From a virus (taxonomy: Duplodnaviria > Heunggongvirae > Uroviricota > Caudoviricetes): a DNA stretch of 64,000 nucleotides. The stretch covers positions 44,042 through 108,041 of the IMG/VR virus record IMGVR_UViG_3300031998_000032. The stretch is one strand, 5' to 3'. Below are positions 17,497 to 27,177 of the stretch, piece by piece. The notes under the pieces were generated by a model. That model saw only the letters and a list, made by a program, of their open reading frames with translations. It ran no database searches and was not told the origin of the DNA. Both the position numbers and the translations under genes were made by a program. Within the stretch, counting starts at the first letter, position 1. Each line of letters begins with the position of its first letter.

Positions 17497-17938
17497 TTGG
17501 TTTGTATTCACCATTTATGCCATTGTAGGTATGCTTACAGGTATCCTTATTTTAAGGATTTGGCGGCACGAGATAATGGATAGCATAAACAATGCGATTT
17601 GGATTACGTGTTGGTTTGTTTGGTTTCGTATATACAAGCAGGCCGAGTCTCGTAGGATGGAGAATGAAGGTCTCAAAATCATAACTGCCGGCCTGTTGTC
17701 CAAACTCGAGGAAAGGTCCGACGATGAAAAGAAACCATCACCTAACATACCGGTCCCTGTATGGCGTATTTGTAAGGCGGGCCATAAATTCGATAGTGAT
17801 GCGATTGTTGTGGGCCTCGGCGAAGATAAAGACCCGAGATTGGTACGTTGTGCCGTCAATGACAGTAAGTATATCCTGGTGTCTGATTTGCTGAAGTATT
17901 TATCAACTCATGAATCCGGAGATGGAAAAGCGGGATGA
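17468..17938 (+). CDS. hypothetical membrane protein (2 predicted TM helices)
   Basis: 'WFVFTIYAIVGMLTGILILRIW' and 'AIWITCWFVWFRIY'. Confidence 0.35.
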   Translation: MKQNKARKIDWFVFTIYAIVGMLTGILILRIWRHEIMDSINNAIWITCWFVWFRIYKQAESRRMENEGLKIITAGLLSKLEERSDDEKKPSPNIPVPVWRICKAGHKFDSDAIVVGLGEDKDPRLVRCAVNDSKYILVSDLLKYLSTHESGDGKAG

Positions 17939-18216
17939 CCTTGTGATCACTTGGCGAGACATACAAACTATAGTCCGCATCGCTGATAACCTTCTCAACT
18001 CCCTGGATTATGACAAAATCAAGAAGATGGGTGAGGAAGGCTATTACTCCGAGATACTCAACCGATTCAACCAACAACGACAATGAAGTGCTATTTCAAC
18101 AATCAGACAATCAACGATAGTGTCTGCACCTTCTGCACTCTCAGAGACCAATGTGTAGCGTATGCGGCCACCAAAACTGAGAAAGCGGTCACTTCGACAA
18201 ATATAAACGTTTACAT

Positions 18217-18471
18217 ATGAAGAAACTATTCAGAAGAATATCGTGGTTTTTCTTTTGGAGAAAGACGCGCTTCTCTTTTAAAGGTCGCATCTATCCAGAT
18301 TTTGACAAAAGTAAGGTTGAGATTAAATACAATTGGACTCCTGAGTATATAGACCAAATAGAGAGAGTGATTGTAAGTTGTCTGCCTCCATTACCATTTA
18401 CTTTTAATTCTGGTGATGAAGTAGAGATTATAATAAAAGTACGTAAAACAGACGATGAAAAAACTCAATGA
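18217..18471 (+). CDS. hypothetical protein (84 aa)
   Basis: ORF only. Confidence 0.3.
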   Translation: MKKLFRRISWFFFWRKTRFSFKGRIYPDFDKSKVEIKYNWTPEYIDQIERVIVSCLPPLPFTFNSGDEVEIIIKVRKTDDEKTQ

Positions 18472-18609
18472 TATAGTTATCTGCTATGGTTTAGTCGCAG
18501 AAGGACCTTTATTGGGACATCCGGTAATAGTTTTTGACCGGCGCGTTATAGTAAACCCTACATTGGACGCTATAGCTTTTACTGATAAACTAAGAAAACT
18601 ACAAAAGGT

Positions 18610-19098
18610 ATGAAAAATAACCCACCTATTCTCGATGCGTGTTGCGGAGGGAAAATGTTATATTTTGACAAAAATGACCCTCGTGTGTTATTTCAAGATT
18701 TGCGAGATTTTGATACTACACTCTGTGATGGTAGGAACTTTTCAGTTCATCCGGATATTATAGGTGACTTTACATCTATGTCCTTTCAGGACAACACCTT
18801 CCGTTTGGTTGTGTTCGATCCGCCTCACCTGAAGTATACCGGCTCCAAGAAAGAGGCTGAGAATTGGCAAATGAAAAAGTACGGATGGTTGCCGGCTCAT
18901 GGGTGGCAGGATATACTAAAAAGGGGATTTGCTGAGTGTTTTCGCGTCCTAAAACATGGTGGTTTCTTGATTTTCAAATGGAATGAAACAGATGTGAAAG
19001 TATCACAGATACTTGAGCTCACACCTTACACACCCATTCTCGGGCATAAGAGCGGAAAACAGAGTAAAACTCATTGGATTTTGTTTATGAAGGATTAA
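18610..19098 (+). CDS. Small SAM-dependent DNA methyltransferase (phage Dam-like, DPPH motif)
   Basis: 'ILDACCGGKMLYF' (motif I-like) and 'LVVFDPPHL' (motif IV, (D/N)PP(Y/F/H)). Confidence 0.45.
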   Translation: MKNNPPILDACCGGKMLYFDKNDPRVLFQDLRDFDTTLCDGRNFSVHPDIIGDFTSMSFQDNTFRLVVFDPPHLKYTGSKKEAENWQMKKYGWLPAHGWQDILKRGFAECFRVLKHGGFLIFKWNETDVKVSQILELTPYTPILGHKSGKQSKTHWILFMKD

Positions 19099-19103
19099 TA
19101 GTT

Positions 19104-19451
19104 ATGGATGAATTTCCTTTCGAGAAAGCCGTCTTCAGCTCAGACATGTTGAATGACGAGGAGCACATTTTTATGGATTGTAATGACGTAACCTACGGTT
19201 TTGGTTTTATCAAAATACCTATAAAGGATAATCTAATAGATACACTACACAACGCTCTAAAAGAACTAAGTAAATACGGCTATCACCCTAATCTTTTGTT
19301 TGTACCTTTCAAACCTTATCACGAAAAGGTTGCGAGAACATCAAAAGAGGATGTTTTATTTGGGCAAACATTTAGAAATTGGGTAAAATACTACAACCTA
19401 CAACTCTTTATTATGACACCCGATTATTTAAAAGACCAGATAACGCTATGA
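19104..19451 (+). CDS. hypothetical protein
   Basis: ORF. Start at the Met after the MTase stop. Confidence 0.35.
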   Translation: MDEFPFEKAVFSSDMLNDEEHIFMDCNDVTYGFGFIKIPIKDNLIDTLHNALKELSKYGYHPNLLFVPFKPYHEKVARTSKEDVLFGQTFRNWVKYYNLQLFIMTPDYLKDQITL

Positions 19452-19606
19452 AATGCTCAAAATGCAAATACTTCGTCAAAACCAAACTGCACGGCACCAC
19501 CTGCGGTTGCCAGGGTGTCAAGCCCTGCGAGGTTAAAAGAAAGAGAAAGGAACGCAACAAGGTTAGAAATAAAAAGAAAGATAGATATGAAGTGCAAAGA
19601 TTGTGA
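19448..19606 (+). CDS. small Cys-rich basic protein (putative Zn-binding)
   Basis: 'MKCSKCKYFVKTKLHGTTCGCQGVKPCE' plus a K/R tail. Confidence 0.3.
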   Translation: MKCSKCKYFVKTKLHGTTCGCQGVKPCEVKRKRKERNKVRNKKKDRYEVQRL

Positions 19607-19850
19607 AGCAATATGCCCTATGCGCGACAAATCAAGCGCAGGAGAGCAAGAGTGTGTATTTCAAACTCAAATAATTGCCCGGCCAGATCCGATAGATTGG
19701 TTTAACTTTAGGTGTGTCGCGGCGAAGGATTTCCTCGTGGCCTCGATACAACGTTACGGCTTTGAGGGAGACCCCAGAGATGATAGCGGTATCAATAAGG
19801 CTATTAAATACGCCGACGAACTGATTAAACAACTTAAAGGCGAGCAGTAA
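19587..19850 (+). CDS. small Cys-rich protein
   Basis: 'MKCKDCEAICPMRD...ECVF'. Confidence 0.3.
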   Translation: MKCKDCEAICPMRDKSSAGEQECVFQTQIIARPDPIDWFNFRCVAAKDFLVASIQRYGFEGDPRDDSGINKAIKYADELIKQLKGEQ

Positions 19851-19851
19851 T

Positions 19852-20334
19852 ATGGCACCTGATATGTTGTTAGGTATGGATGAGGCCAGAGGTGAGGGTA
19901 AGACCGTGTTTAGTGTCATTGATCAAACGACAGGTGAGGTGACTCCTATACATTTCTCAGACAAACCTATTACCTTCAAAGAGATCAAGAGTGTGCGTGA
20001 CCGTTTGTTAAGTGCAAGTGCTTCGTGGACAGCGGAAATTAGAATGACCCACAAAGAAATCCGTGAATATAAAAAGTGGAGACGTGAGTTTGTACCAAAA
20101 AAAGCTCGGCTTCCGCGTAAGAAGAAAAAGGCTCTCAAGAAAAGGCTTATTCAAAAATCCCCATACAAAGTACGTGTTTTGACATCTCTCAAATGGCCGA
20201 ATGTACAACCTATGATAGACTTCTATGAGAAAAAGTTGTTTGAAGTTGCTTCGGTGAAATTACATGAAGATATTAGCCGGCATATGGGTACATCAGGAAA
20301 CACCATAAAAGAAATAATCAAACCTTTACATTAA
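19852..20334 (+). CDS. hypothetical protein (160 aa)
   Basis: ORF only. Confidence 0.4.
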   Translation: MAPDMLLGMDEARGEGKTVFSVIDQTTGEVTPIHFSDKPITFKEIKSVRDRLLSASASWTAEIRMTHKEIREYKKWRREFVPKKARLPRKKKKALKKRLIQKSPYKVRVLTSLKWPNVQPMIDFYEKKLFEVASVKLHEDISRHMGTSGNTIKEIIKPLH

Positions 20335-20337
20335 CCT

Positions 20338-20368
20338 ACAGGCGTTCCACTCGGGGCGCCTTTTTTAA
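20338..20368 (+). terminator. Rho-independent terminator
   Basis: 'aggcgttccactcggggcgcct' hairpin followed by 'tttttt'. Confidence 0.5.
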
Positions 20369-20377
20369 TCACACAAA

Positions 20378-20674
20378 ATGAAGAAGATATTTGTTTCAAT
20401 TCCCTACACCGACCATCAGGCGGAGTTTCCTGAGAGATGCAGAAAAGCCCACGAGAGATACGACTCTAAGGACGTGAAGGTTTTCACACCCAAAGATGTC
20501 ATACAGGATTCCGCTACACCGTACAACACCTGTATGGGTAAGACTATCGAGAAGATCCTGGACTGCGATGAAGTGATATTCGCTGACGGCTGGGCCGAAT
20601 CCAAAGGCTGCAGGGACGAGCATTATATCTGTGTCAATCACGACATACCACTTTTTGTCGACGTTATGATATGA
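20378..20674 (+). CDS. hypothetical protein (98 aa), possibly nucleoside 2-deoxyribosyltransferase-like (very tentative)
   Basis: 'KKIFVSIPYTDH...VIFADGW' Rossmann-like pattern only. Confidence 0.25.
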   Translation: MKKIFVSIPYTDHQAEFPERCRKAHERYDSKDVKVFTPKDVIQDSATPYNTCMGKTIEKILDCDEVIFADGWAESKGCRDEHYICVNHDIPLFVDVMI

Positions 20675-21048
20675 CAATGGAGGAAGCAATACAAAAAATC
20701 GAGAGTGTCAATTCGCTGTATGACTACGAGATTGAGCAGGCCGAGCAGAAGCTGCATACATCTATTAATGAAATCCTCGATCAGTGGCTCGAAGAACACA
20801 AGCGTTTTGATGTCGGCGATTTTGTCGTCTGCGACGATACTATTGTTCGTATTGAGGATATCCGTGTAGAACAATGGGTCCTGAAAAAGCCACTTCTTGT
20901 GAGTTATGTCGGACTGAAATACGAGTTGTGCGAAGATACTCTCAGGAGTTGCGGATTGCGTATGGTATTCTATGAAGACAAATCATTGAGGCTATTCAAT
21001 CCTCTTTTAAGGAAAAGAAAACAGATCCTGGTCAAAATCAAGAACTGA
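20671..21048 (+). CDS. hypothetical protein (125 aa)
   Basis: ORF only. Confidence 0.35.
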   Translation: MTMEEAIQKIESVNSLYDYEIEQAEQKLHTSINEILDQWLEEHKRFDVGDFVVCDDTIVRIEDIRVEQWVLKKPLLVSYVGLKYELCEDTLRSCGLRMVFYEDKSLRLFNPLLRKRKQILVKIKN

Positions 21049-21051
21049 GTC

Positions 21052-21801
21052 ATGGAAATCAAAGGGCGCGTACATCTTCTGTACGAGCAATCAGGTTGCT
21101 TCAAGAATGAATTCAAGAAGCTGGGATTTGAAGCCTTCGATATTGACATCCAGAACAATTTCGGTGAGACGGATTATCAGATAGATCTGTTTGCGGAGAT
21201 AGAGAATGCCTACGATTCGCTTGTAAGTGGCGATGCTCAGAAGAGTCTTCTTGATAACATCACCACCGATGACCTTACCATTGCCTTTCAGCCCTGCATC
21301 TACTTCTCCGCCAACAACTCCTACATCTTTGATGGCACATGGCAGACATACAAACAGAGAGGTATGACGCAACTTGAAATCAACCAAGCCATCCTCGAGC
21401 GTAGCAAGGAGCGTCAGAGGTTCTATGAGATAGCATTGAAGATGTTCACCTACTTTGACGTGACGGGTAAAAGGCTTATCGTCGAGAACCCCTACTCAAA
21501 GATTCACTACTTGCATAACAACTTCCCTTACAAGCCGGCACTGATAGACAAGAACCGCCAACTCCGAGGTGATTACTTTGCCAAACCTACTCAGTATTGG
21601 TTTGTCAACTGCGAGCCTACACATGGCTTTACCCGTCAGGACCCCACTGAAAAGCGTAACGTCTATCAGCTGTCCGGCCACACGGGTAACCTCTGTGACG
21701 AAGACAGGTCCATGATTGCACCGGCATACGCTCACAACCTAATCGTCGATAATATCCTCGGCAAACCTCAGATATTACAACAACTATCACTGTTTGACTG
21801 A
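21052..21801 (+). CDS. C5-cytosine DNA methyltransferase-like protein (short, 249 aa)
   Basis: 'IAFQPCIYFS' (PC motif IV-like), 'LIVENPYS' (ENV motif VI-like), 'LYEQSGCF' (weak motif I). No obvious target-recognition domain. Confidence 0.35.
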   Translation: MEIKGRVHLLYEQSGCFKNEFKKLGFEAFDIDIQNNFGETDYQIDLFAEIENAYDSLVSGDAQKSLLDNITTDDLTIAFQPCIYFSANNSYIFDGTWQTYKQRGMTQLEINQAILERSKERQRFYEIALKMFTYFDVTGKRLIVENPYSKIHYLHNNFPYKPALIDKNRQLRGDYFAKPTQYWFVNCEPTHGFTRQDPTEKRNVYQLSGHTGNLCDEDRSMIAPAYAHNLIVDNILGKPQILQQLSLFD

Positions 21802-22727
21802 TGCGTATAGGACTTATTGATGTAGACAGTAAGAACTTTCCCAATCTATGCCTTATGAAGCTGTCTGCTTTCCATAAATATATGGGTGATGATGTGGAAT
21901 GGTATATGCCGTTTTCTGAGAGATATGACCGCGTATATGTATCCAAAGTATTCAGTTTTACTCCTGACTACAATCTGTGCATTAATGCAAAAGAGGTAAT
22001 ACGCGGTGGCACCGGATACGCCATCAAGTTGGTCAATGGGAAAGAGGTGTATCACTCGGAATTAGATAAACCTCTCCCATACGGAGTAGAGCATATTTAT
22101 CCGGATTATGGGTTATACCCCAATACTGATGCTGCGTATGGTTTTCTTTCCCGTGGTTGTCCACGAGGTTGTGATTTCTGTATCGTTGCCGGTAAGGAAG
22201 GTCGCAAATCCGTCAAGGTAGCCGATTTGGATGAGTTCTGGAGAGGGCAGAAAAAAATAGTCCTCTGTGATCCTAATATATTGGCCTGCAAAGATTGGAA
22301 AAACCTTCTGCAACAACTCATCGACTCTAAGGCAGAGATAGATATCAACCAGGGTCTCGACATTCGTATGATGACCGAGGAGAAGGCTTTGATGTTAGAC
22401 CAAATCAAAATCTCGCAGATTCATTTTGCATGGGACCGCTACCAAGATAGGGATATCATATTGCCGAAACTCAAGATGTTTGCAGAGGCGTGTCACCACA
22501 AGCATCACTCTCATTCGGCGATAGTCTATACTATCGTCAATTTCGATACGACAATAGAACAGGATCTTGAACGTATATACACACTTCGTGATATCGGATA
22601 TTGGCCGTATGTGATGATATACGATAAAGAGCATTGCGCCCATATCTATAAGGATTTGCAGCGGTGGGTGAACAATAGATTCATATTTGCCAAATGCAAG
22701 AAGTTTGAAGACTACGGAACACTATGA
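21801..22727 (+). CDS. Radical SAM protein with B12-binding-like N-terminal region
   Basis: 'GFLSRGCPRGCDFCIVAG' = CxxxCxxC. N-terminus 'MRIGLIDVDSKNFPNLCLMKLSAFHKYMGDDVEWYMP' resembles the B12-binding domain of class B radical SAM enzymes. Confidence 0.5.
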   Translation: MRIGLIDVDSKNFPNLCLMKLSAFHKYMGDDVEWYMPFSERYDRVYVSKVFSFTPDYNLCINAKEVIRGGTGYAIKLVNGKEVYHSELDKPLPYGVEHIYPDYGLYPNTDAAYGFLSRGCPRGCDFCIVAGKEGRKSVKVADLDEFWRGQKKIVLCDPNILACKDWKNLLQQLIDSKAEIDINQGLDIRMMTEEKALMLDQIKISQIHFAWDRYQDRDIILPKLKMFAEACHHKHHSHSAIVYTIVNFDTTIEQDLERIYTLRDIGYWPYVMIYDKEHCAHIYKDLQRWVNNRFIFAKCKKFEDYGTL

Positions 22728-22931
22728 GCAACAAGTATCAGAAATCAGATCTCATATGGCCGGATGATGATGATTTTGCCGACATGTATGTGAAAGTGAA
22801 GACACCTAAGAAAATCAAGAATCAACTCATCTTGACGTGTAACCCGACAGGACCGAATATTTTCTACAAAAAATTTATAGACAATGAAATAAATAAGTGA
22901 CGAACTCTACGAGAGACTCGACTATCTCGGA

Positions 22932-23165
22932 TTGATACCCAACGATGTCAGGTCCACGAATGTAGGTAAAAGTGATTATTCAAAGCATATTATCCAACCG
23001 TGGTGTATATGGCAAGATTGGCACCTCAATCCTTGGGATGCTGATATCGTTAAGCGCATCCTTAGGACCAAAGAGGGTGATAGCCGACAGATGGACTATG
23101 AGAAGATTATCCATATCTGCCAGGAACGCATCAGACAGTTGAAATATGAGAACAATAAAGCTTAA
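22932..23165 (+). CDS. hypothetical protein (77 aa)
   Basis: ORF only. Confidence 0.3.
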   Translation: MIPNDVRSTNVGKSDYSKHIIQPWCIWQDWHLNPWDADIVKRILRTKEGDSRQMDYEKIIHICQERIRQLKYENNKA

Positions 23166-23811
23166 CTCCACATGGGATTACCATGGCATCGAATGGACAT
23201 CGAGGGTCGTGGATTTCGGTATCAGTCTGATGGTGGGAGCCGCACTCAACGAACTCATCACCTCTGAAATCCATTTAGAGGACACTCCTTTGTTCAAAGG
23301 CATAGTCAAGCATAACGCAAGACGCGCCGTCAGAGAAGCCAGCGCCCGACAGATCATCCTCAGGCAATCAGCCGGTGACGGCAAGCTCTACGAGTCGTAT
23401 TCGGGTGCCGTGATAGATGCGGCCAGGAATGACATCAATTTGTTTCGTATCGCAATAAAGCAGGTGTTGGATAACCACAACATACCGCATTCGGATATAT
23501 TGGCTGAGGTTGAATGTGCAAGATGTCTGTGTGAGATGTCTGTAATAGCTCTGCAGGACACCATAAGGATTGCCGAGCACAGGTATCTCAAGGACTTTAG
23601 CAAATACTTTCAGGAGTTTGATATAAAGCGAATACGTGACATCTGGACGCTTGTATCCAACGAAGTCTACAAAGGGTATGTGATAGACCTCAACACACCG
23701 ACCGTTAAGGCATTGTTTGACTCGATGCTTGTAAAGTTCTCAGAGGGTAAATACATCAATGAGTGTCTCGAGCAAGCCTATGACGAGAATCCTGAAAAGA
23801 GACCTAATTAA
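23146..23811 (+). CDS. hypothetical protein (221 aa)
   Basis: ORF only. Confidence 0.35.
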   Translation: MRTIKLNSTWDYHGIEWTSRVVDFGISLMVGAALNELITSEIHLEDTPLFKGIVKHNARRAVREASARQIILRQSAGDGKLYESYSGAVIDAARNDINLFRIAIKQVLDNHNIPHSDILAEVECARCLCEMSVIALQDTIRIAEHRYLKDFSKYFQEFDIKRIRDIWTLVSNEVYKGYVIDLNTPTVKALFDSMLVKFSEGKYINECLEQAYDENPEKRPN

Positions 23812-23828
23812 CTTAATCAATAATCATT

Positions 23829-24605
23829 ATGAGTGAAATTGTTTATTTCAGAGAGTATGCCAAACAGCATGGCGTATTCCGTTTTGTCAAGAGTTTCCGT
23901 AGGGGAGGTTTTCTGAAGCGGGAGAAGATAGAGTATACAACGGATATAACGGAAGCTACTCGCTATGGTGATCCGGACAATATCAAAGCGATGTTCAGAA
24001 GAATCCGCAAGGATTTTCCATTTGCTTATTGGGACTCCAAGCCATTGGAGGATTTTAAGGAGGCGTTCAAGACACATCGTTTCTTCCTTATCACCAAGGT
24101 TGCGGACGACAATAGCAATGTGTATTACAGCGGCGAGAAGAAAGGAATGTTTGATTGGACATCCGACATAGATGAGGCTCTCATTGGTCTGGATTTCAAG
24201 ACTCAGGCCGAGACAGCGCTGCGCATCCGAATGAAGGGAGGAAAGGTAAATACCAACGTAATCTACCTGGATCTCATAAACGACCTACTCAATCCGAATT
24301 TCATGATTACCTGCGAGAGTAAGAGCGGTAAGAAGGAAATCAAATATTTCGCCCGTAAGGAAGGCAATCGCCTGCGCCTGGTAGAGACATCAGCCTCTGC
24401 AACAAAGTTCTCCTATCGCGAGGTAATGAGCCAATACGAGGAACTGCAGGGGTCTAACAAGAATTTCCTTTATAGCGTGCTTCCTGTATTTAAGGATAAC
24501 GTGTCATACAAGAACCTGAAGGAGTATATTAGAGAACATAATGTATCCAACCGGCTGCAGATGGAAATCAAACTCAAGAATCTGAATAATGGGAAAGGCG
24601 AGTGA
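23829..24605 (+). CDS. hypothetical protein (258 aa)
   Basis: ORF only. Confidence 0.4.
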   Translation: MSEIVYFREYAKQHGVFRFVKSFRRGGFLKREKIEYTTDITEATRYGDPDNIKAMFRRIRKDFPFAYWDSKPLEDFKEAFKTHRFFLITKVADDNSNVYYSGEKKGMFDWTSDIDEALIGLDFKTQAETALRIRMKGGKVNTNVIYLDLINDLLNPNFMITCESKSGKKEIKYFARKEGNRLRLVETSASATKFSYREVMSQYEELQGSNKNFLYSVLPVFKDNVSYKNLKEYIREHNVSNRLQMEIKLKNLNNGKGE

Positions 24606-24861
24606 AGAAAGGGTTAATGCCATCGTCGACAAACTGGTGGATGTTCTGAATGCGGAGCAACTATCTATTGAAGAGCGCTTGTCAGTTGTGTCGATGCATT
24701 TCTCAACAGAAGTATCCTGTGCTTTCTTGAGTGGAGCCATAGACAAGAACCTTGATCCGGATTATGTGCTCGACGGCTGCTTTGATATGCTCCGCCGGGA
24801 GATTAAAGACTCCATTAAGAATAACAATGTTATTCCAATGGATGTTAGAGGGGATTGTTGA
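24589..24861 (+). CDS. hypothetical protein (90 aa)
   Basis: ORF only. Confidence 0.3.
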   Translation: MGKASEERVNAIVDKLVDVLNAEQLSIEERLSVVSMHFSTEVSCAFLSGAIDKNLDPDYVLDGCFDMLRREIKDSIKNNNVIPMDVRGDC

Positions 24862-24879
24862 GAATTTTAACCGGAAATA

Positions 24880-25455
24880 ATGAAATATCAGAACAAAGAT
24901 TTGTTATCGCCTCCTACTTTAGATCTTATTAAAGATTATTTAGGTCGTCGACACTCAATTGTAGCTAAAGCTGAAGAAATATATGCTTATTGGTCTGCAA
25001 AGGATTGGAAAACAAAGAAGGGTAAAGAAGTTCAATCGCTCGAAGTGGCTATAGATGTCTATAACAGTATAGCAGTTGATAAGATTCGTAGAATTGAGAA
25101 ACAGAACTCTACACTCAAGACTCCAAAATCCTCTAAGAAGAAAACTAAGGCGAATAAATCTTTACTTGAACGTTCATCGCTAAGACTTCTCAGAAACTGT
25201 AATGATGAGCAAAAAAAGAGGAATTCCAATGATGTGTATTTAAGATACTACGATCAATTAGAAGATCATAGATGGTTGGCTTTTAGGAAGTTTGTTTTCG
25301 CGGTTAGAGGAAGAAAATGTGAGATATGCGGTTGTGATAAAACTCTACAAATACACCACCCTCAGTACATTCGGGGTAAGAAGGCATGGGAATATTCTTG
25401 CAATGAAGTAATTGTGGTCTGTAGAGAATGTCACAGTAAAATTCATAGTAAGTAA
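24880..25455 (+). CDS. HNH endonuclease (classic HNH, C-terminal)
   Basis: 'CEICGCDKTLQIHHPQYIRGKK...VVCRECHSKIH'. Confidence 0.6.
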   Translation: MKYQNKDLLSPPTLDLIKDYLGRRHSIVAKAEEIYAYWSAKDWKTKKGKEVQSLEVAIDVYNSIAVDKIRRIEKQNSTLKTPKSSKKKTKANKSLLERSSLRLLRNCNDEQKKRNSNDVYLRYYDQLEDHRWLAFRKFVFAVRGRKCEICGCDKTLQIHHPQYIRGKKAWEYSCNEVIVVCRECHSKIHSK

Positions 25456-25457
25456 TT

Positions 25458-26054
25458 ATGAAAGAAACGACCCTCACTATCGAGCAGATTGAGTCTTTGT
25501 TGGTCCAAAATCCCGAATCTGCATTCTACATTCGCAGGAATATCGTCGTTCCCAATGTAGATTGGGGATTTCTCAACCACGAGGCCGATCTGCTCGTTCT
25601 TTCCAAATCCGGCTATCTCACGGAGATTGAGATTAAGCGGACGTGGAGTGATTTCAAGGCTGATTTCGAGAAGAAGCATGACCACTACGACAAGAAACTT
25701 TCTCACTTCTACTACGCTGTACCGGAGACTATTGGAGAGAGAGTCTTTGATTGGCTTTACGAGGGAAGTTACGAAAACCGGCGATACGGTTCCTTGAGAT
25801 ACGGCCAATCTCATGTGATTAAGCCCACAGCGAATAATCCTCATGAGTGCGGATTAATACTATATGCCGATCCTGACGCCTATCACAATCGTGGGCAATT
25901 CGGCATCAACGTCCAGGCGAAGCGCATGGGGAACTACAAGGTGTCAAAAGATGAGGAGTTAAAATTGCTGAGACTGCTCGGGATGCGGGTATGGAGATTG
26001 AAGGATAAGATAGCAAGGCTGCAGGAAAAAACTTTGTTCTATGAAGGTAAATAA
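25458..26054 (+). CDS. PD-(D/E)xK nuclease-superfamily protein (MmcB-like)
   Basis: 'NHEADLLVLSKSGYLTEIEIKRTWSD' (D ... E-x-K). Confidence 0.4.
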   Translation: MKETTLTIEQIESLLVQNPESAFYIRRNIVVPNVDWGFLNHEADLLVLSKSGYLTEIEIKRTWSDFKADFEKKHDHYDKKLSHFYYAVPETIGERVFDWLYEGSYENRRYGSLRYGQSHVIKPTANNPHECGLILYADPDAYHNRGQFGINVQAKRMGNYKVSKDEELKLLRLLGMRVWRLKDKIARLQEKTLFYEGK

Positions 26055-26976
26055 GGAAAAATACAGGTTGGCTGTGCAGAAGATGCAGAACAGTCAAATC
26101 CGGCGTAAGAATGTCGCCGACTATTTTCTGAATGAGTCAAAGTTGCATCGTGAATGGCTGCATGAGCTGGCGGAAGCCTACAAGAAAAAGAAAGACTTCC
26201 CGATGATTCCAATCGTTACGCTTGCACAGCATTATGACGATTTCCGTGATCGTGAAGTAGCTGCGTTTGCCGGTCTGATGCTGAAAACAGTCTGTCCTTA
26301 CGAGCATATCCAAGCTATCAATCAGATGTTTCAGCATGAGCCTTGGGAGTGGTTTAGAAACAGACATTTCGTAGGTTTGTCTCTCGGAGATCAACAGAAC
26401 CAAAAGACATCGGGTGTGACTAATTGGCGTTGGGCGCAGTTTTTTCAGAATCTATACGATGCGTGCTTTACTCCGTATTCATCTGAGTTTACACCAGGTA
26501 AATACAGATGGGTGCGCTCCTTGAGCCAGACATTTGCGCTGATGAAACGAGATAATGACTGCAATTCATATCAGGTGCTGAGTGATATGGTCGGGTCATC
26601 CATCCCTTTCGATCAGACGTATTACTTTCGCATACTATTGATGCTTTTCGGAACGGATGACGGCTTTGGCTTCGGACACGAGTGGTGTATCCCGGATGAA
26701 GACCTCAAATGTCCGATTGTTCCTGAGATCCGTTTGTTCGCAAAGACATGGTTTCCGAATTACAACCAATTCGGAACTTTAGATGAAGCGATATCGTTGT
26801 TTGGATTTGAGCGTGACTGTGATTTTCTTTATGCGTACTTAGGGTATCAAGAACTGCTCAGAAAGAATTTTGAGGGTTGTCGGTATTATGAGAAGCGTTA
26901 TCTGCGATGGTATGAGAGAGGTTCCAAGATAAGACGGTATGAATGGAGTCAGATAAGGCCGGAGATTAACCTGTAG
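26041..26976 (+). CDS. hypothetical protein (311 aa)
   Basis: ORF only. Confidence 0.4.
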   Translation: MKVNKEKYRLAVQKMQNSQIRRKNVADYFLNESKLHREWLHELAEAYKKKKDFPMIPIVTLAQHYDDFRDREVAAFAGLMLKTVCPYEHIQAINQMFQHEPWEWFRNRHFVGLSLGDQQNQKTSGVTNWRWAQFFQNLYDACFTPYSSEFTPGKYRWVRSLSQTFALMKRDNDCNSYQVLSDMVGSSIPFDQTYYFRILLMLFGTDDGFGFGHEWCIPDEDLKCPIVPEIRLFAKTWFPNYNQFGTLDEAISLFGFERDCDFLYAYLGYQELLRKNFEGCRYYEKRYLRWYERGSKIRRYEWSQIRPEINL

Positions 26977-26984
26977 GTTTATTT

Positions 26985-27030
26985 TGTGAGGGGAGTGGCT
27001 ATGATGCTGCTCCCCTCTTTTTTTTGTTTA
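26985..27030 (+). terminator. Rho-independent terminator closing the + strand block
   Basis: 'gaggggagtggctatgatgctgctcccctc' hairpin followed by 'tttttttt'. Confidence 0.55.
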
Positions 27031-27177
27031 CATATCTTTGTCTCCATAGTAACAATAAACATTGCTTTCTTCAATTAAGCCACTATATTGACATGTATCG
27101 CAGTTCTTACGGTGAAGTGGGCAGCTAAGTGCTACGAATCTGATTTTTCTTTTTTTCATATGCTTGTTTTTTTAGGT

